IMG/VR virus record: IMGVR_UViG_3300034025_000072
Coordinates: 1-47,247 of that record
DNA length: 47,247 nucleotides
Origin: a virus
Strand: one strand, 5' to 3'
Made by a program: the position numbers and the translations under genes. Below, one piece after another: positions 8,953 through 18,044 of the stretch (the first letter of the stretch is position 1; every line of letters starts with the position of its first letter). The notes under the pieces were generated by a model, which saw only the letters and a program-made list of their open reading frames with translations, was not told where the DNA came from and searched no databases.

Positions 8953-9162
8953 TGAGTCATTCCTTTGCAAAGGCGGCGTTGATGCCGCATTCAACGTCTC
9001 ACAAGCGAGGGCGTGAGACAAGCCCTTATCGCGCGAACCGGAATTGGTCGGCACGAATTGCGATGTCAGCGGCGCGATTATTCTGCGCCACGTCCAAAAG
9101 GGATTGCAACCTATTCGGTCGCGGGGTCGAACGCCCATACACGGGAGTCAGCGTCGGGCGGG

Positions 9163-9369
9163 TCAACGGTCGGACTCCGCAAGGCGCTTGCTAGCGGCAG
9201 TGATCCGGTAAGAGTAGGTTGCCACGCGATCAGAGAGTCCGGCGATGCGGTCATAGTCCACCACGGACGCGGGACGAACGGCATGAGTCGCAACCATGCA
9301 CTCCACTGCGCGGGAGAGTTGAGCAAGGTTGGATTCCAGCGCGGCGAGGTCGGAGGGAGAAGGCTTCAT
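9163..9369 (-). CDS. Hypothetical small protein (68 aa)
   Basis: ATG at 9369 (MKPSPSDLAALESNLAQL...) with RBS aaagga 8 nt upstream. This is the first leftward ORF next to the divergent control region. Confidence 0.5.
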   Translation of the reverse strand: MKPSPSDLAALESNLAQLSRAVECMVATHAVRPASVVDYDRIAGLSDRVATYSYRITAASKRLAESDR

Positions 9370-10131
9370 CAGATGGTCCTTTCGTTCGCGGGATCGTGCA
9401 TCGCGTCCCGAAGCCAACAAATAGGCGAGTCGAACGAATCCGGCAAGCGACCAACCGGCAGGATGCGACGAACCGAAGGATTCCTGCGACGAACCGAAAG
9501 TTGGGAGTCAATGGGTAGCAAATCAGGACTCGTTAAGTTGATCTGAATCAACAATTACAAACGTAATCGCCAAAAGCTCAAGCGGCAGAGTCAGCCGATA
9601 CCACGCGAGGCAAAAACCAAAAGAGAGAAAGTAGGTTGATTCCAGACGTTTCATAATTACCAACCTAACGCTAACCTAATTCCCTCTTGCAAGATTCAAC
9701 GCGACCGCTTCCCCCTCCCCGGTGCCGGGTGTGTGATGCCGGGAGTCGGGGTGTGAGTCGGTAGCTGGGTTGAGTCATAGGTGTAGTGGGTAGTAGTGAC
9801 TCCCCGTTCTTAGTTATATAGCTGATTTTTGGCGAGGGGGGTCAGAATAGAACTCTCCCAAGAGCTTGACTCTACCCACAACGACTCACAGACAACACTC
9901 CACCAACCCAAGGCGGTAGGGAGTCACCCACACAAGCAACGTGCATGTTGTAAGAGGGAAGTAGATTCGGGTGATGATATATGAAGGGGAAGGTAAGGTA
10001 AAGTTGGAATTACCGTTGATTACAATAGTTGGTAATGTCACTATGAAACTGCCCTAACTGACTGTAACACTCCGAAGGAGTCATCGGTTGGTTCACGGGC
10101 CAATGCGCTTACGAGTAGGAGTCAAAGTAAC
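9370..10131. promoter_or_regulatory. Divergent intergenic control region between the leftward and rightward early genes; candidate for early promoters and a replication origin
   Basis: About 760 nt without ORFs separates oppositely oriented genes. A G/T-rich stretch (9720-9805) is followed by an AT-rich core (9806-9835) and then a C/A-rich stretch (9860-9945). GAGTC/GACTC sites are clustered, and direct repeats lie at 9464-9498. Confidence 0.5.
9464..9498. repeat. Two direct copies of tgcgacgaaccgaa spaced 21 bp apart (possible operator or binding site)
   Basis: Read directly: 9464-9477 and 9485-9498 are identical 14-mers, about 95-130 nt upstream of the 68-aa leftward ORF. Confidence 0.6.
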
Positions 10132-10410
10132 GTGAAACTCAATGCAATGAAGTATTGGCGACTCATCAACGTAGGAAGGCCAGAGGAAACGGAAGAAGGG
10201 CAGGGAGACGCAAGGGAGTTTGGCCTCGCCGTCCTCAAGTATTGGCAACGAGTCGATATGGGTAAAAACCTACGACTCGAAATCTACCGCAGTGAGTTGG
10301 ATCGAGCACGTGGAATCAATCGCAAGGAGGAAGCGGCGAATCAAGCAATAGATGAGCTTGAGGCTTTCTTTGCAGAAATGAACAAGGAGACTGAAGATGG
10401 ACATGAGTAA
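10132..10410 (+). CDS. Hypothetical early protein (92 aa)
   Basis: First rightward ORF, with GTG start (alternative ATG at 10147) and aggag 14 nt upstream. Its composition is lower in GC than the genome average. Confidence 0.5.
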   Translation: MKLNAMKYWRLINVGRPEETEEGQGDAREFGLAVLKYWQRVDMGKNLRLEIYRSELDRARGINRKEEAANQAIDELEAFFAEMNKETEDGHE

Positions 10411-10915
10411 AGATGATTCGTGGTATGGCCAACTGGAAATCTATGGCGTCGCGCAACCCAAATCTTATAGGGGTTCCGTGCAGGGAATCATTCGGCAGGC
10501 CGTAACTGATTTGATGAGCGCCAACATACGAATCAGTCAGCAGGGTGTAAAGAAGTTCTCGCTTAGTTGGCAGAACGTCCCCTTTGATAAGAAGGCCGCA
10601 GAAAGGAGTCATTCGCTAGTTCCTCCCGAGTTGGAGGCTCAATGGGCTTCTGATCCCGACGTGCTCCGCGAATCCGAGAACCCCGAGGAATATGCTAAGT
10701 TTAGTGCCAAGGCTCCGTGGCAGGATGACGCTGACTTCATGCGCTTTCAGCATTACAACGCGACTCGTAGCAACTACGAAACTGCCATGCCCGGCGAGGT
10801 TGAGGAGTTGGTTACGACTCTTAACTTCCGCTTTGCCAACATTATCTGGCAATCTCCGCTTTATGGCCCGACGCGGATTGAGGACGTGACTACGATTCGG
10901 AAGTCCGTTCGATGA
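10397..10915 (+). CDS. Hypothetical early protein (172 aa)
   Basis: ATG start with RBS aaggag 6 nt upstream. It overlaps the previous gene by 14 nt. Confidence 0.65.
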   Translation: MDMSKDDSWYGQLEIYGVAQPKSYRGSVQGIIRQAVTDLMSANIRISQQGVKKFSLSWQNVPFDKKAAERSHSLVPPELEAQWASDPDVLRESENPEEYAKFSAKAPWQDDADFMRFQHYNATRSNYETAMPGEVEELVTTLNFRFANIIWQSPLYGPTRIEDVTTIRKSVR

Positions 10916-10998
10916 GCCCCGGAAGGAAACTGGCACTTTGCCTTCTCACAGCCATCACACTCTGGGGACTCATTCTGCTGCCCTTCATCCTAACATGA
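10912..10998 (+). CDS. Micro-ORF encoding a 28-aa hydrophobic peptide (MSPGRKLALCLLTAITLWGLILLPFILT)
   Basis: Its ATG overlaps the upstream stop (ATGA at 10912-10915). The product is a basic N-terminus followed by a single transmembrane-length hydrophobic run. It is below the 60-aa cut-off of the ORF track. Confidence 0.4.
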   Translation: MSPGRKLALCLLTAITLWGLILLPFILT

Positions 10999-11053
10999 CA
11001 TTCCAACCCTTTTTGAATCGATGAAGATAGTTGGTTGATTCCGTAATTAGGGG

Positions 11054-11082
11054 TTGACATTACACGATAAATAGTGTAAGAC
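11054..11082 (+). promoter_or_regulatory. Candidate sigma70-type promoter (TTGACA-17 nt-TAAGAC)
   Basis: TTGACA lies at 11054-11059 and TAAGAC at 11077-11082, in the intergenic gap about 70 nt upstream of the gene at 11153. The -10 element is weak. Confidence 0.3.
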
Positions 11083-11152
11083 TCAAGATGCTGATTCGGC
11101 TTTCCGGTCAGCATCCTCCCCGCTCTTCTGGAGCATCCTCGGAGTCAATCCT

Positions 11153-11932
11153 ATGAACATCTTTGCGATTCACGACAGCCCATACCTTGCCGCGCGGGAT
11201 CAACACGATAGGCACGTTATCAAGATGACTCTTGAGACTGCCCAGCTTCTCTCCACCGCCGTTTGGCATCAGCCTTGGATTCGTAACCTCTGGTCCACTT
11301 GCCATCGCTTCGACATTCGACCCGACTGGGATCATGTTGAGTCTGGCTCGCTGCGACTTTACCGATCCATCTCGAATCCCGGTCACGCTTCCGCCGTTTG
11401 GACTCGGGCATCCCGCGCTAACCTCGCGTGGACGATTTGCCACCTCGATGGACTCATCAGCGAATACTCTCGTCGCTTCGGGAAGGTTCATGCTTGCGAG
11501 ACGATTCGCATCAGCTTCCTGCCAGTCTTGGCCGCGCTTGCCGACGTTGATCGCGTTTGGATTCGCAATGAAGAGCGCAAGCTCATTGTGCATCCCGACA
11601 TTCTCGCTTTGGCTGACTCGCACGATGCCTTCGCTGTCTGTATGCCAGATATTTACAAATCCAGCGATCCCATTGACTCCTACCGCACGTTCTACCTTGA
11701 GGAAAAGATTTTCCAGTCCAACGTCAAATGGACCAAATGCGAGTCGATCCCGGCGTTCATCGCTGACATTGCCGACCCGGACACCATCGCTTCCGACCGG
11801 ATTCGTGCCCGAGTGATCGACTTGCTTCGTCACCACGCCATTCAGTCTGCACCAGCTCCGATTCGCGAGGTAGCCAAGCCTTTCGTGCCTACTGGCATGG
11901 GAGTCCCTGCTTTCCTTCGCCGTCCCGCGTAA
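11153..11932 (+). CDS. Conserved-looking phage protein of unknown function (259 aa)
   Basis: The N-terminus MNIFAIHDSPYLAARDQHDRHVIKMTLETAQLL looks like a recurrent phage/virus N-terminal motif that I recall as distantly endonuclease V (pyrimidine-dimer glycosylase)-like. That link is unverified. The C-terminus carries the VPAFLRRPA motif. Confidence 0.6.
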   Translation: MNIFAIHDSPYLAARDQHDRHVIKMTLETAQLLSTAVWHQPWIRNLWSTCHRFDIRPDWDHVESGSLRLYRSISNPGHASAVWTRASRANLAWTICHLDGLISEYSRRFGKVHACETIRISFLPVLAALADVDRVWIRNEERKLIVHPDILALADSHDAFAVCMPDIYKSSDPIDSYRTFYLEEKIFQSNVKWTKCESIPAFIADIADPDTIASDRIRARVIDLLRHHAIQSAPAPIREVAKPFVPTGMGVPAFLRRPA

Positions 11933-11960
11933 CTCCATAGCCCCCGAAAGGACTCTCGCT

Positions 11961-12875
11961 ATGACCACCATGACCACCGACTCGTTCAATCCCAAACTCG
12001 CCAGCCTTGTGACGTACATGCAGAATGAGATGGGAATCAACCCGCTCCGTCTGTATTGCCAAATCACTGGCAAGCCCATTGGTCGAATCGAAGCTGATGA
12101 GCTTACCCCATTCCTCAACAACAACCATGACGTTGACTCGATCGCCGATGATCTTTTTGTGCGAATCATTGCGTCGATGCGCCCGTCCATTCATTGGAAC
12201 GTGATGCGCGAGTCAACGCTTGAGGCCATGGCTAAGGCTCGCCCGATCGAGACACTTGCCTACCTCATGAATCGTCTGTTCCAGCCCACCGAGTTTTACA
12301 AGCTGCCGTTGACTCGCCGCCTCGACGATCAGCATCAGCGAATCAAACTCTACGCCTTCCTCGAAACCATGGATACGGCTAAGCTCGACTCGCTTTACAC
12401 CATGCTGATTGAAGTCGATGCCAAGATGAATCTTTCGCAGCAGCAGATCGACCTGCGTTGCGTTGACTTCATGCTCTTCCTTGACGAGTCGATGATTACC
12501 ATCAACCGCTGGTATCTAGATTGCATCAAGCGGTGGAATCGCACCCAGCAGCACAATGAAACGCAGGCCAATTGGTACAAGGGCAACACGGTCGCCAAGC
12601 CCGCATTCTTCCGCGACTTCATCGAAGCCAAGCCCGAATCCAAAACCGCCAAATCCAAGCGAGTCGCCAAAGCTAAGGACATGGAGCTGGACGCACTCTT
12701 TGACGCGGTGATGCAGCAGGCCGAGTCGGCAGACCCCATTCAGGCTGAAGTTGAGGCAATCGCTCCGACTCCTACCGCTTCGCCAGCCCCAACCTTCATC
12801 CGCAATCCCAAACCGACTCCCAAGCCCACCAGCTTTGCCGGTCGTGGCGCTCCCTCGTTCCTGAAAGGACGCTGA
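11961..12875 (+). CDS. Hypothetical protein (304 aa)
   Basis: ATG start with RBS aaagga. A proline-rich C-terminal linker ends in APSFLKGR. Confidence 0.65.
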   Translation: MTTMTTDSFNPKLASLVTYMQNEMGINPLRLYCQITGKPIGRIEADELTPFLNNNHDVDSIADDLFVRIIASMRPSIHWNVMRESTLEAMAKARPIETLAYLMNRLFQPTEFYKLPLTRRLDDQHQRIKLYAFLETMDTAKLDSLYTMLIEVDAKMNLSQQQIDLRCVDFMLFLDESMITINRWYLDCIKRWNRTQQHNETQANWYKGNTVAKPAFFRDFIEAKPESKTAKSKRVAKAKDMELDALFDAVMQQAESADPIQAEVEAIAPTPTASPAPTFIRNPKPTPKPTSFAGRGAPSFLKGR

Positions 12876-12878
12876 ATC

Positions 12879-15284
12879 ATGGTTGACTTCGCAGCCCTTC
12901 TTGCCCGCTCGCAAGCCGCTAAGGCCGCAGCGATTCCCACCCCTCGCATCATGACGAACAGCGAAGCCGACGATCGCGCCACGTTGACCGCCGTGCGCCA
13001 GCTTGAAGTCGAACGACTCGCTACCGAGGCCCTGATCGACAAGCCGACCCCGCACGTCGAACCAACCAGCAGCGAGTCCGAGCTTCGCGAAAAGCTGAAA
13101 CTGGACAAGCTCGTTGAGGATGACTTCCCCTTCGATGAGTCGCAACTTGAAATGATCGAGGGAATCCTAGCCCACCTCAACAACGGCGGGCAGGGTGCGT
13201 GTGCCACGGGTGCGGCGGGAACGGGAAAAACCACCAGTACCAAGAAGCTGGTGGACCGACTCATGGAAACCTCGACGCTCGCGGCGATCGACATGGAGAC
13301 CTACTTTAAGTCTGCCAAGGACTCCGAATTGAACGCTGACGGGGAGCAGTATGAGCGTACGAGTCGATTCGTCCCCAGCATTGCGCTTGTCAGCTTCACC
13401 GGCAAGGCGACTCAACAGATCAAGAAAAACTTCCCGCGCTCGTGGCATGGGAACATCATGACGATTCACCGTATGCTGGCATTCATGCCGGTTTGGGAAG
13501 AGATGTGGGACGACGAGTTGGGTGGCCTGAAGAATCGTATGCACTTCGAGCCGACCTACACCGCCTCGAACCTCTTGCCGTGGGATATCGTCATTGTTGA
13601 CGAGGCGGGCATGTTGGGACTCGACCTTTGGGAGCAGCTTCGCGCGGCGCTTAAACCTTCGGCCAAAATCATCATGATCGGCGATATCAATCAGCTTCCG
13701 CCCGTGCATGGTCGCAGCGTGTTCGGATTCGCAATGGCTCAATGGCCCGCGTGGGAGCTTAATCACGTTCACCGCCAAAAGGATTCGCAGGATCGAATCG
13801 TGGACAACGCATGGAGGATCTTGAAAGGTCAGCGTCCCGAGTCCGGCGGCAACTTCCAGATGGTCAAGTTTGATGATCTTGCGAACAAGGCGAGTCAGCA
13901 AGTCCGCAAGTTTATCCCCAATCTGTTCAAGCAGGGCATCTACGATCCGATTCGTGACACCACCATCACTGCCACCAACGGCGAGGATGGGCAGCGTGGT
14001 TTCGCTCTTGGCCAGAAGCCGCTGAATCGTGAGTTTGCGATCATCTTCAATAAGGACAATCCTCGCTACATCATCGATGCGGGACGTGAGCGCCAGAAGT
14101 TTGCCGTGGGTGACAAGGTGATGGCGACTCGTAACGACCACGAGCAGGGCATCACCAATGGCATGACTGGAATCATCACTGATATCACCGCCAACGGTGC
14201 ATGGATCGGGGATCGTCGTCGATTCGGTACTGTCGAGGAAGTCAACGCATATATGAAGGAGTTGGACGAGGAATCGCCCGACGACAACGACGACATGAGC
14301 CTCGACGATATGCTCGAATCCAGCTTGGCGCAAGAACAGGGTAAGAAGGATGCTAAGGAGTCCAAGGATCGTGGCCCGGCCAGCCATATCGTCACCGTCC
14401 GATTCGGAACAGGCGACAGCAGCTTCGAGCTTGCCTTTGGTACGCTGTCCGAGGTATCGAGTCTGATGACCGCTTACGTCGTAACTTGCCACAAGATGCA
14501 GGGCGGCGAGTGCCCGGTTGTGATCGTCATTCTGCATAGTGCCCATAAGGCGATGCACTACCGCGAGTGGCTCTATACGGCGGTGACTCGTGGCGCCGAG
14601 AAGGTCATCCTACTTTATACCGATCAGGCGCTGCGCGGAGTCTTGTCCAAGCAAAAGATCAAGGGTGCGACGCTCGCGCAGAAGGTCGAATCCTTCAACG
14701 CGTTGAGCAAGGAAGGACTCTTGGGTCCTGCAGTCAGGGTTCGATTGGCTTGGGGCAGCCACGCCAACGTACCGGCGATTCGTGAAGTGGGTAGCGAAAT
14801 GGCCAACCTCATGAATCATGACGACAACGCCAACCTACCTACCTTGAAGGGAGAGGAAGAGGCAAAGAATCTCGCCGAGTTCGAGCGCATGACGGAGGAA
14901 GCCCGACTCCATGAGAAGTACGCTCGCCAGCGCGAAGCCGAACAGGAAAGAATCGCCCGAATCGAAGCCGAGCGCATCACGCGTATTCGCCAAGCCGCAC
15001 TTGACGCCGCACTTGCCCGAATCTCGCAAATGATGTTCGCCATGAACATGCGCCCCGTTGAGACCAAGGACTACGGGACGTTGACCCCCGAGCAGCGGCA
15101 GAAAGCTGAACGAGTCGTGGAGATGCTGGCCCCGCCCAGTGTGCCTCTCCTGACCTTCAACCCCGGCTACTATGGCTGGCCCGCCGACGACTCGTTCCTC
15201 GATGAGCCGACCCCCACGCCCCCTGTCACGCCGATGCCAGCCCCGAAGCCTAGCCTCGCGTTCCTCATGAAGAAGAAAGGCTGA
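12879..15284 (+). CDS. SF1 DNA helicase, RecD/Dda-like
   Basis: Motifs read in the translation: GAAGTGKTT (Walker A), IVIVDEAGM (Walker B), IMIGDINQLPPV, TCHKMQGGE and LYTAVTRGAEKVILL. A coiled-coil and proline-rich C-terminal extension ends in SLAFLMKKKG. Confidence 0.85.
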   Translation: MVDFAALLARSQAAKAAAIPTPRIMTNSEADDRATLTAVRQLEVERLATEALIDKPTPHVEPTSSESELREKLKLDKLVEDDFPFDESQLEMIEGILAHLNNGGQGACATGAAGTGKTTSTKKLVDRLMETSTLAAIDMETYFKSAKDSELNADGEQYERTSRFVPSIALVSFTGKATQQIKKNFPRSWHGNIMTIHRMLAFMPVWEEMWDDELGGLKNRMHFEPTYTASNLLPWDIVIVDEAGMLGLDLWEQLRAALKPSAKIIMIGDINQLPPVHGRSVFGFAMAQWPAWELNHVHRQKDSQDRIVDNAWRILKGQRPESGGNFQMVKFDDLANKASQQVRKFIPNLFKQGIYDPIRDTTITATNGEDGQRGFALGQKPLNREFAIIFNKDNPRYIIDAGRERQKFAVGDKVMATRNDHEQGITNGMTGIITDITANGAWIGDRRRFGTVEEVNAYMKELDEESPDDNDDMSLDDMLESSLAQEQGKKDAKESKDRGPASHIVTVRFGTGDSSFELAFGTLSEVSSLMTAYVVTCHKMQGGECPVVIVILHSAHKAMHYREWLYTAVTRGAEKVILLYTDQALRGVLSKQKIKGATLAQKVESFNALSKEGLLGPAVRVRLAWGSHANVPAIREVGSEMANLMNHDDNANLPTLKGEEEAKNLAEFERMTEEARLHEKYARQREAEQERIARIEAERITRIRQAALDAALARISQMMFAMNMRPVETKDYGTLTPEQRQKAERVVEMLAPPSVPLLTFNPGYYGWPADDSFLDEPTPTPPVTPMPAPKPSLAFLMKKKG

Positions 15285-15287
15285 GTC

Positions 15288-15530
15288 ATGGCCAAACCTC
15301 CCATCATTCCCGTTGAGTTGATGAGTCTTATTTCGGACTACATGACCGCGCTCTACCCGAATCAGGAGTTGCAGCTGGTCATGCTCGCGGCCACCGAGGG
15401 ACTCCCGCCGAGCCTCATGGCGAACGTCTGCCCCGAGTGCGCGCACCTGCTCATGGCGTTCTGCGTCGATCACTACGACGGCGGCGAGGGTACGACTCAC
15501 GAAGCTCCGGAACAAGGGAAGCCCAACTGA
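15288..15530 (+). CDS. Hypothetical protein (80 aa)
   Basis: ATG lies 3 nt after the helicase stop, with RBS aaagg. Its stop overlaps the next ATG. Confidence 0.55.
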   Translation: MAKPPIIPVELMSLISDYMTALYPNQELQLVMLAATEGLPPSLMANVCPECAHLLMAFCVDHYDGGEGTTHEAPEQGKPN

Positions 15531-16042
15531 TGGCCAAGGGAATCACCAAAGCGCAGCGTGAACTCTACGCCAACGTGGAGGCTCGCCCCGAGCATGAGTT
15601 GGTTATGAATCGAATCCTCGCCGGCTCCGCCAAGTTCACGCTGACCAGCACCAAAACTGGCAAGCGACTCACCTATTGGATTCGCACCGGCGCGCAGGAT
15701 CGCCAGAAGAATTGGTCCACCAGTAATCAGAATCGTAGCTTCTACTTCGTTAAGCTCTTGACTGGGCCGGACAATACGGCAAGCTATGAGTGGATCGGCA
15801 GCTTGCGGCGCACCGACTCCGACTCCAAAGCCATCAGCTTCCAAGTCAGCAATGACAAATGGAAAACCGCTCCGGCCCGATTCGCGATCGAGTGGTGGCT
15901 CCACAAAATCTTCACTGTTGGGGTGATTCCAGACGACGTGGAGGTTGACTGGATGACCACTTGTGCCCGCTGCGGCCGAGAGCTTACGGTTCCCGAGTCG
16001 ATTCGTTCTGGCTATGGCCCGGAGTGCATCGCTCATGCGTGA
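15530..16042 (+). CDS. Hypothetical protein with a C-terminal zinc-ribbon-like motif (DUF6011-like), 170 aa
   Basis: The ATG at 15530 overlaps the upstream TGA. The C-terminal CARCGRELTVPESIRSGYGPEC matches the C..CGR.LT.P.S...G.GP.C pattern I recall for DUF6011. Confidence 0.6.
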   Translation: MAKGITKAQRELYANVEARPEHELVMNRILAGSAKFTLTSTKTGKRLTYWIRTGAQDRQKNWSTSNQNRSFYFVKLLTGPDNTASYEWIGSLRRTDSDSKAISFQVSNDKWKTAPARFAIEWWLHKIFTVGVIPDDVEVDWMTTCARCGRELTVPESIRSGYGPECIAHA

Positions 16043-16160
16043 TTATGGTGGACCGCGAGTGAGTCCGGGCTGCCTAATAGTTTGCATGTTTCCTTTGATG
16101 ATACTCATCAATGTGATTCCGTGGGGGGTGCGGTTCATCCTCGATTTGCTGGGATTTTAG
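16035..16160 (+). CDS. Micro-ORF encoding a 41-aa membrane peptide (MRDYGGPRVSPGCLIVCMFPLMILINVIPWGVRFILDLLGF)
   Basis: The ATG overlaps the end of the upstream gene by 8 nt, and the stop lies 1 nt before the next ATG. The core is hydrophobic. It lies close to the endolysin gene, so it may be a holin or antiholin. Confidence 0.4.
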   Translation: MRDYGGPRVSPGCLIVCMFPLMILINVIPWGVRFILDLLGF

Positions 16161-16161
16161 C

Positions 16162-16404
16162 ATGGAACAAAGAGCAAGGGAGTGGGCACAGAGTCGCCAG
16201 ATCGACAGCCTAAACTTCAAGATGACGATTATGCTCGTTCTCGTCATTATCGGAATCATGAGCAATGTTGCTCGCACCATCAACGACATAAAGGATGATA
16301 CCAAGCAGGCACGAATCGTCTACCTAGACAAGCGCATCATAGAGCTTGAACAGCGCATCGAGGACTATGAAACTGGTGTCCCGCGCCCTCAACAGAAGGA
16401 CTAA
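16162..16404 (+). CDS. Small membrane protein with one transmembrane segment and a coiled-coil tail (holin- or spanin-like candidate), 80 aa
   Basis: The transmembrane segment is MTIMLVLVIIGIMSNVA, followed by charged helical sequence. The gene is AT-richer than its neighbours and lies near the endolysin gene. Confidence 0.5.
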   Translation: MEQRAREWAQSRQIDSLNFKMTIMLVLVIIGIMSNVARTINDIKDDTKQARIVYLDKRIIELEQRIEDYETGVPRPQQKD

Positions 16405-16411
16405 ACGAGTC

Positions 16412-16762
16412 ATGGACCTGAACCAATACGCGCGTCTCTGCCACGAGGCCAATCAAAAGTGGTGGGTGAATCCCACTACCGGCGAGCGTATCGAGCGCAA
16501 CAAGGGTGAGCAGATCGCGCTGATTCACTCCGAGTTGAGTGAGGCGCTAGAAGGAGTCCGCAAGAATAAGGCAGACGATCACCTCCCGCACCGTCGCAGC
16601 GAAGAAGTCGAAATGGCCGACGCCATCATCCGAATCCTCGACTACTGCGCCGGGCACGGCCTCGATTTGCAGGGGGCCTTCGACGAGAAGATGGCGTACA
16701 ATGCGACTCGCGCTGACCACAAGCTCGAAGCCCGCATGGGCAACTTCGGCAAGAAGTTTTGA
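16412..16762 (+). CDS. MazG-like nucleoside triphosphate pyrophosphohydrolase (116 aa)
   Basis: Internal ATG at 16412. It carries the acidic metal-binding helix pattern LIHSELSEALEGVRK...EEVEMADAIIRILDY typical of small phage MazG-type NTP-PPases. Confidence 0.7.
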   Translation: MDLNQYARLCHEANQKWWVNPTTGERIERNKGEQIALIHSELSEALEGVRKNKADDHLPHRRSEEVEMADAIIRILDYCAGHGLDLQGAFDEKMAYNATRADHKLEARMGNFGKKF

Positions 16763-16775
16763 AAGGAAAGTGAGA

Positions 16776-17396
16776 ATGGACAGCAATCAGATCGTAGCTC
16801 GACTCACCGAGGCCCGTCGCGAGATTGACATCGCGATCGGAATCCTCACCCCCAACCCGCTTTCCGGTATGGCCCCGGAGTCCAAGCTGGCGCCTGTCAA
16901 CGAATCCAACGAGTCGGCACCTCGACTCATCACTCGCAACAACTTCAAGTTTGGCGCGGCCAGCTCCAAGGAATTGCTCGGAGTCAAAGCCGAGTTGGTT
17001 CAAACGGTTCGGCTTGCGCTCACGCTGTCGACCCAAGACTTCTGCGTCTACGATGGGATTCGTACCCTCAAGGAGCAGCAGCTTCACGTCACCAACGGCA
17101 CGTCCAAAACCATGAAGTCCAAGCACCTCGATGGACTCGCCGTCGATCTGGTCCCATGGATCAACGGCAAGCCCGTCTGGGACTGGAAGGGCTGCTACCG
17201 AATCGCACACGCCATGGACCTTGCCGCGACCGAGCTTGGATTCGCCGGCAACATTCGCTGGGGCGCGGCATGGGATCGAGTCTTGAGCGACTTCGGCGGC
17301 GACCTCGGCAGCTATGAGCAAGAGAGTCGTTTGTATGCCGAGCGTCATCCGGGCAAGGACTTCCTCGATGGCCCGCACTTTGAGTGGGTTAGCTGA
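16776..17396 (+). CDS. Endolysin, peptidase M15 family (L-alanyl-D-glutamate or D-Ala-D-Ala peptidase type)
   Basis: ATG at 16776 with RBS gaaaggaaag. The zinc-ligand motifs SKHLDGLAVDL and DGPHFEW are characteristic of M15 cell-wall peptidases. Confidence 0.8.
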   Translation: MDSNQIVARLTEARREIDIAIGILTPNPLSGMAPESKLAPVNESNESAPRLITRNNFKFGAASSKELLGVKAELVQTVRLALTLSTQDFCVYDGIRTLKEQQLHVTNGTSKTMKSKHLDGLAVDLVPWINGKPVWDWKGCYRIAHAMDLAATELGFAGNIRWGAAWDRVLSDFGGDLGSYEQESRLYAERHPGKDFLDGPHFEWVS

Positions 17397-17663
17397 ATGA
17401 GTCATAGCTGCGGCTCTTGCGGCAGCGAACTGGCTGTCCGTGTCACGTCCATGGGTGCGACTCTTTGTTGGCCTTGTGTGCGTGACACGGTAGCTTGGCT
17501 ACATCGCAACGACTGCCTAGACAATCCCTTCGGACTCGAACTGGTGCGAATGGCAGGGCAACGAGTCGATACTTGGCAGCACCATGGATTCATGATCTGG
17601 GCTGCGCCTACCTCGTCGGGCTATCCTTGGATTTATGTTGACGATTCGAGAATGATCTATTGA
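17397..17663 (+). CDS. Small Cys-rich (zinc-ribbon-like) protein, 88 aa
   Basis: The ATG directly abuts the endolysin stop (TGAATG). The translation contains CGSCGS...CWPC. Confidence 0.55.
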   Translation: MSHSCGSCGSELAVRVTSMGATLCWPCVRDTVAWLHRNDCLDNPFGLELVRMAGQRVDTWQHHGFMIWAAPTSSGYPWIYVDDSRMIY

Positions 17664-17717
17664 CAATCAACGTAAACTATGAGACAGTTTACTCCACCGT
17701 GAAAGGGCGGCTATGCC

Positions 17718-18044
17718 ATGAGACGACTCAATAACCTACCACTAGACCGAACCAAGGCAGCGATGGCGCAATTCATGCCGTTCGTCAAGCAGGGTGAACG
17801 AGTCATGTTCCTCGTTCCGGCGGGCGACGGGTTCAACATGGTCCAGCGTGTGCGCGTGGCGATGAGTCGCGCTAGGAAGGAACTACGGCGTAAGCAGAAG
17901 CCGATGATTCACTTCCGTCTGCACCACTCGATCATGCCTTGGACCGAGGCTGGCAAGCGCCATGATGCTGTGATTCTCTGGTCCACCCGCGACGAGACTC
18001 ACGAGGTCAACGAACTTCTAGAGGATGTATTCCGCAATGTCTAA
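17718..18044 (+). CDS. Hypothetical protein (108 aa)
   Basis: ATG-initiated ORF with protein-like composition. The next gene overlaps its end. Confidence 0.55.
   Translation: MRRLNNLPLDRTKAAMAQFMPFVKQGERVMFLVPAGDGFNMVQRVRVAMSRARKELRRKQKPMIHFRLHHSIMPWTEAGKRHDAVILWSTRDETHEVNELLEDVFRNV

Noticed and set aside
7990-9138. The ORF-track start at 9138 would give a 382-aa version of the leftward gene.
   Set aside because: The extra 62 residues (MGVRPRDRIGCNPFWTWRR...) look non-native. The internal ATG at 8952 has a well-placed aaagga RBS.
9464-9498. Short direct repeats and hairpin families as a CRISPR array.
   Set aside because: There are only two copies of a 14-mer with a 7-nt spacer. There is no repeat-spacer periodicity and there are no cas genes.
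9541-10131. tRNA or other small RNA genes in intergenic regions (also 7325-7989, 10999-11152, 22171-22268).
   Set aside because: I could assemble no cloverleaf with a GTTCRANYC-type T-loop and matching acceptor stem on either strand. This needs tRNAscan/Infernal to be certain.
17662-17690. TTGACA at 17662 as a sigma70 promoter upstream of the gene at 17718. A similar TTGACAT lies at 19724.
   Set aside because: No acceptable -10 hexamer occurs at 16-18 nt spacing.
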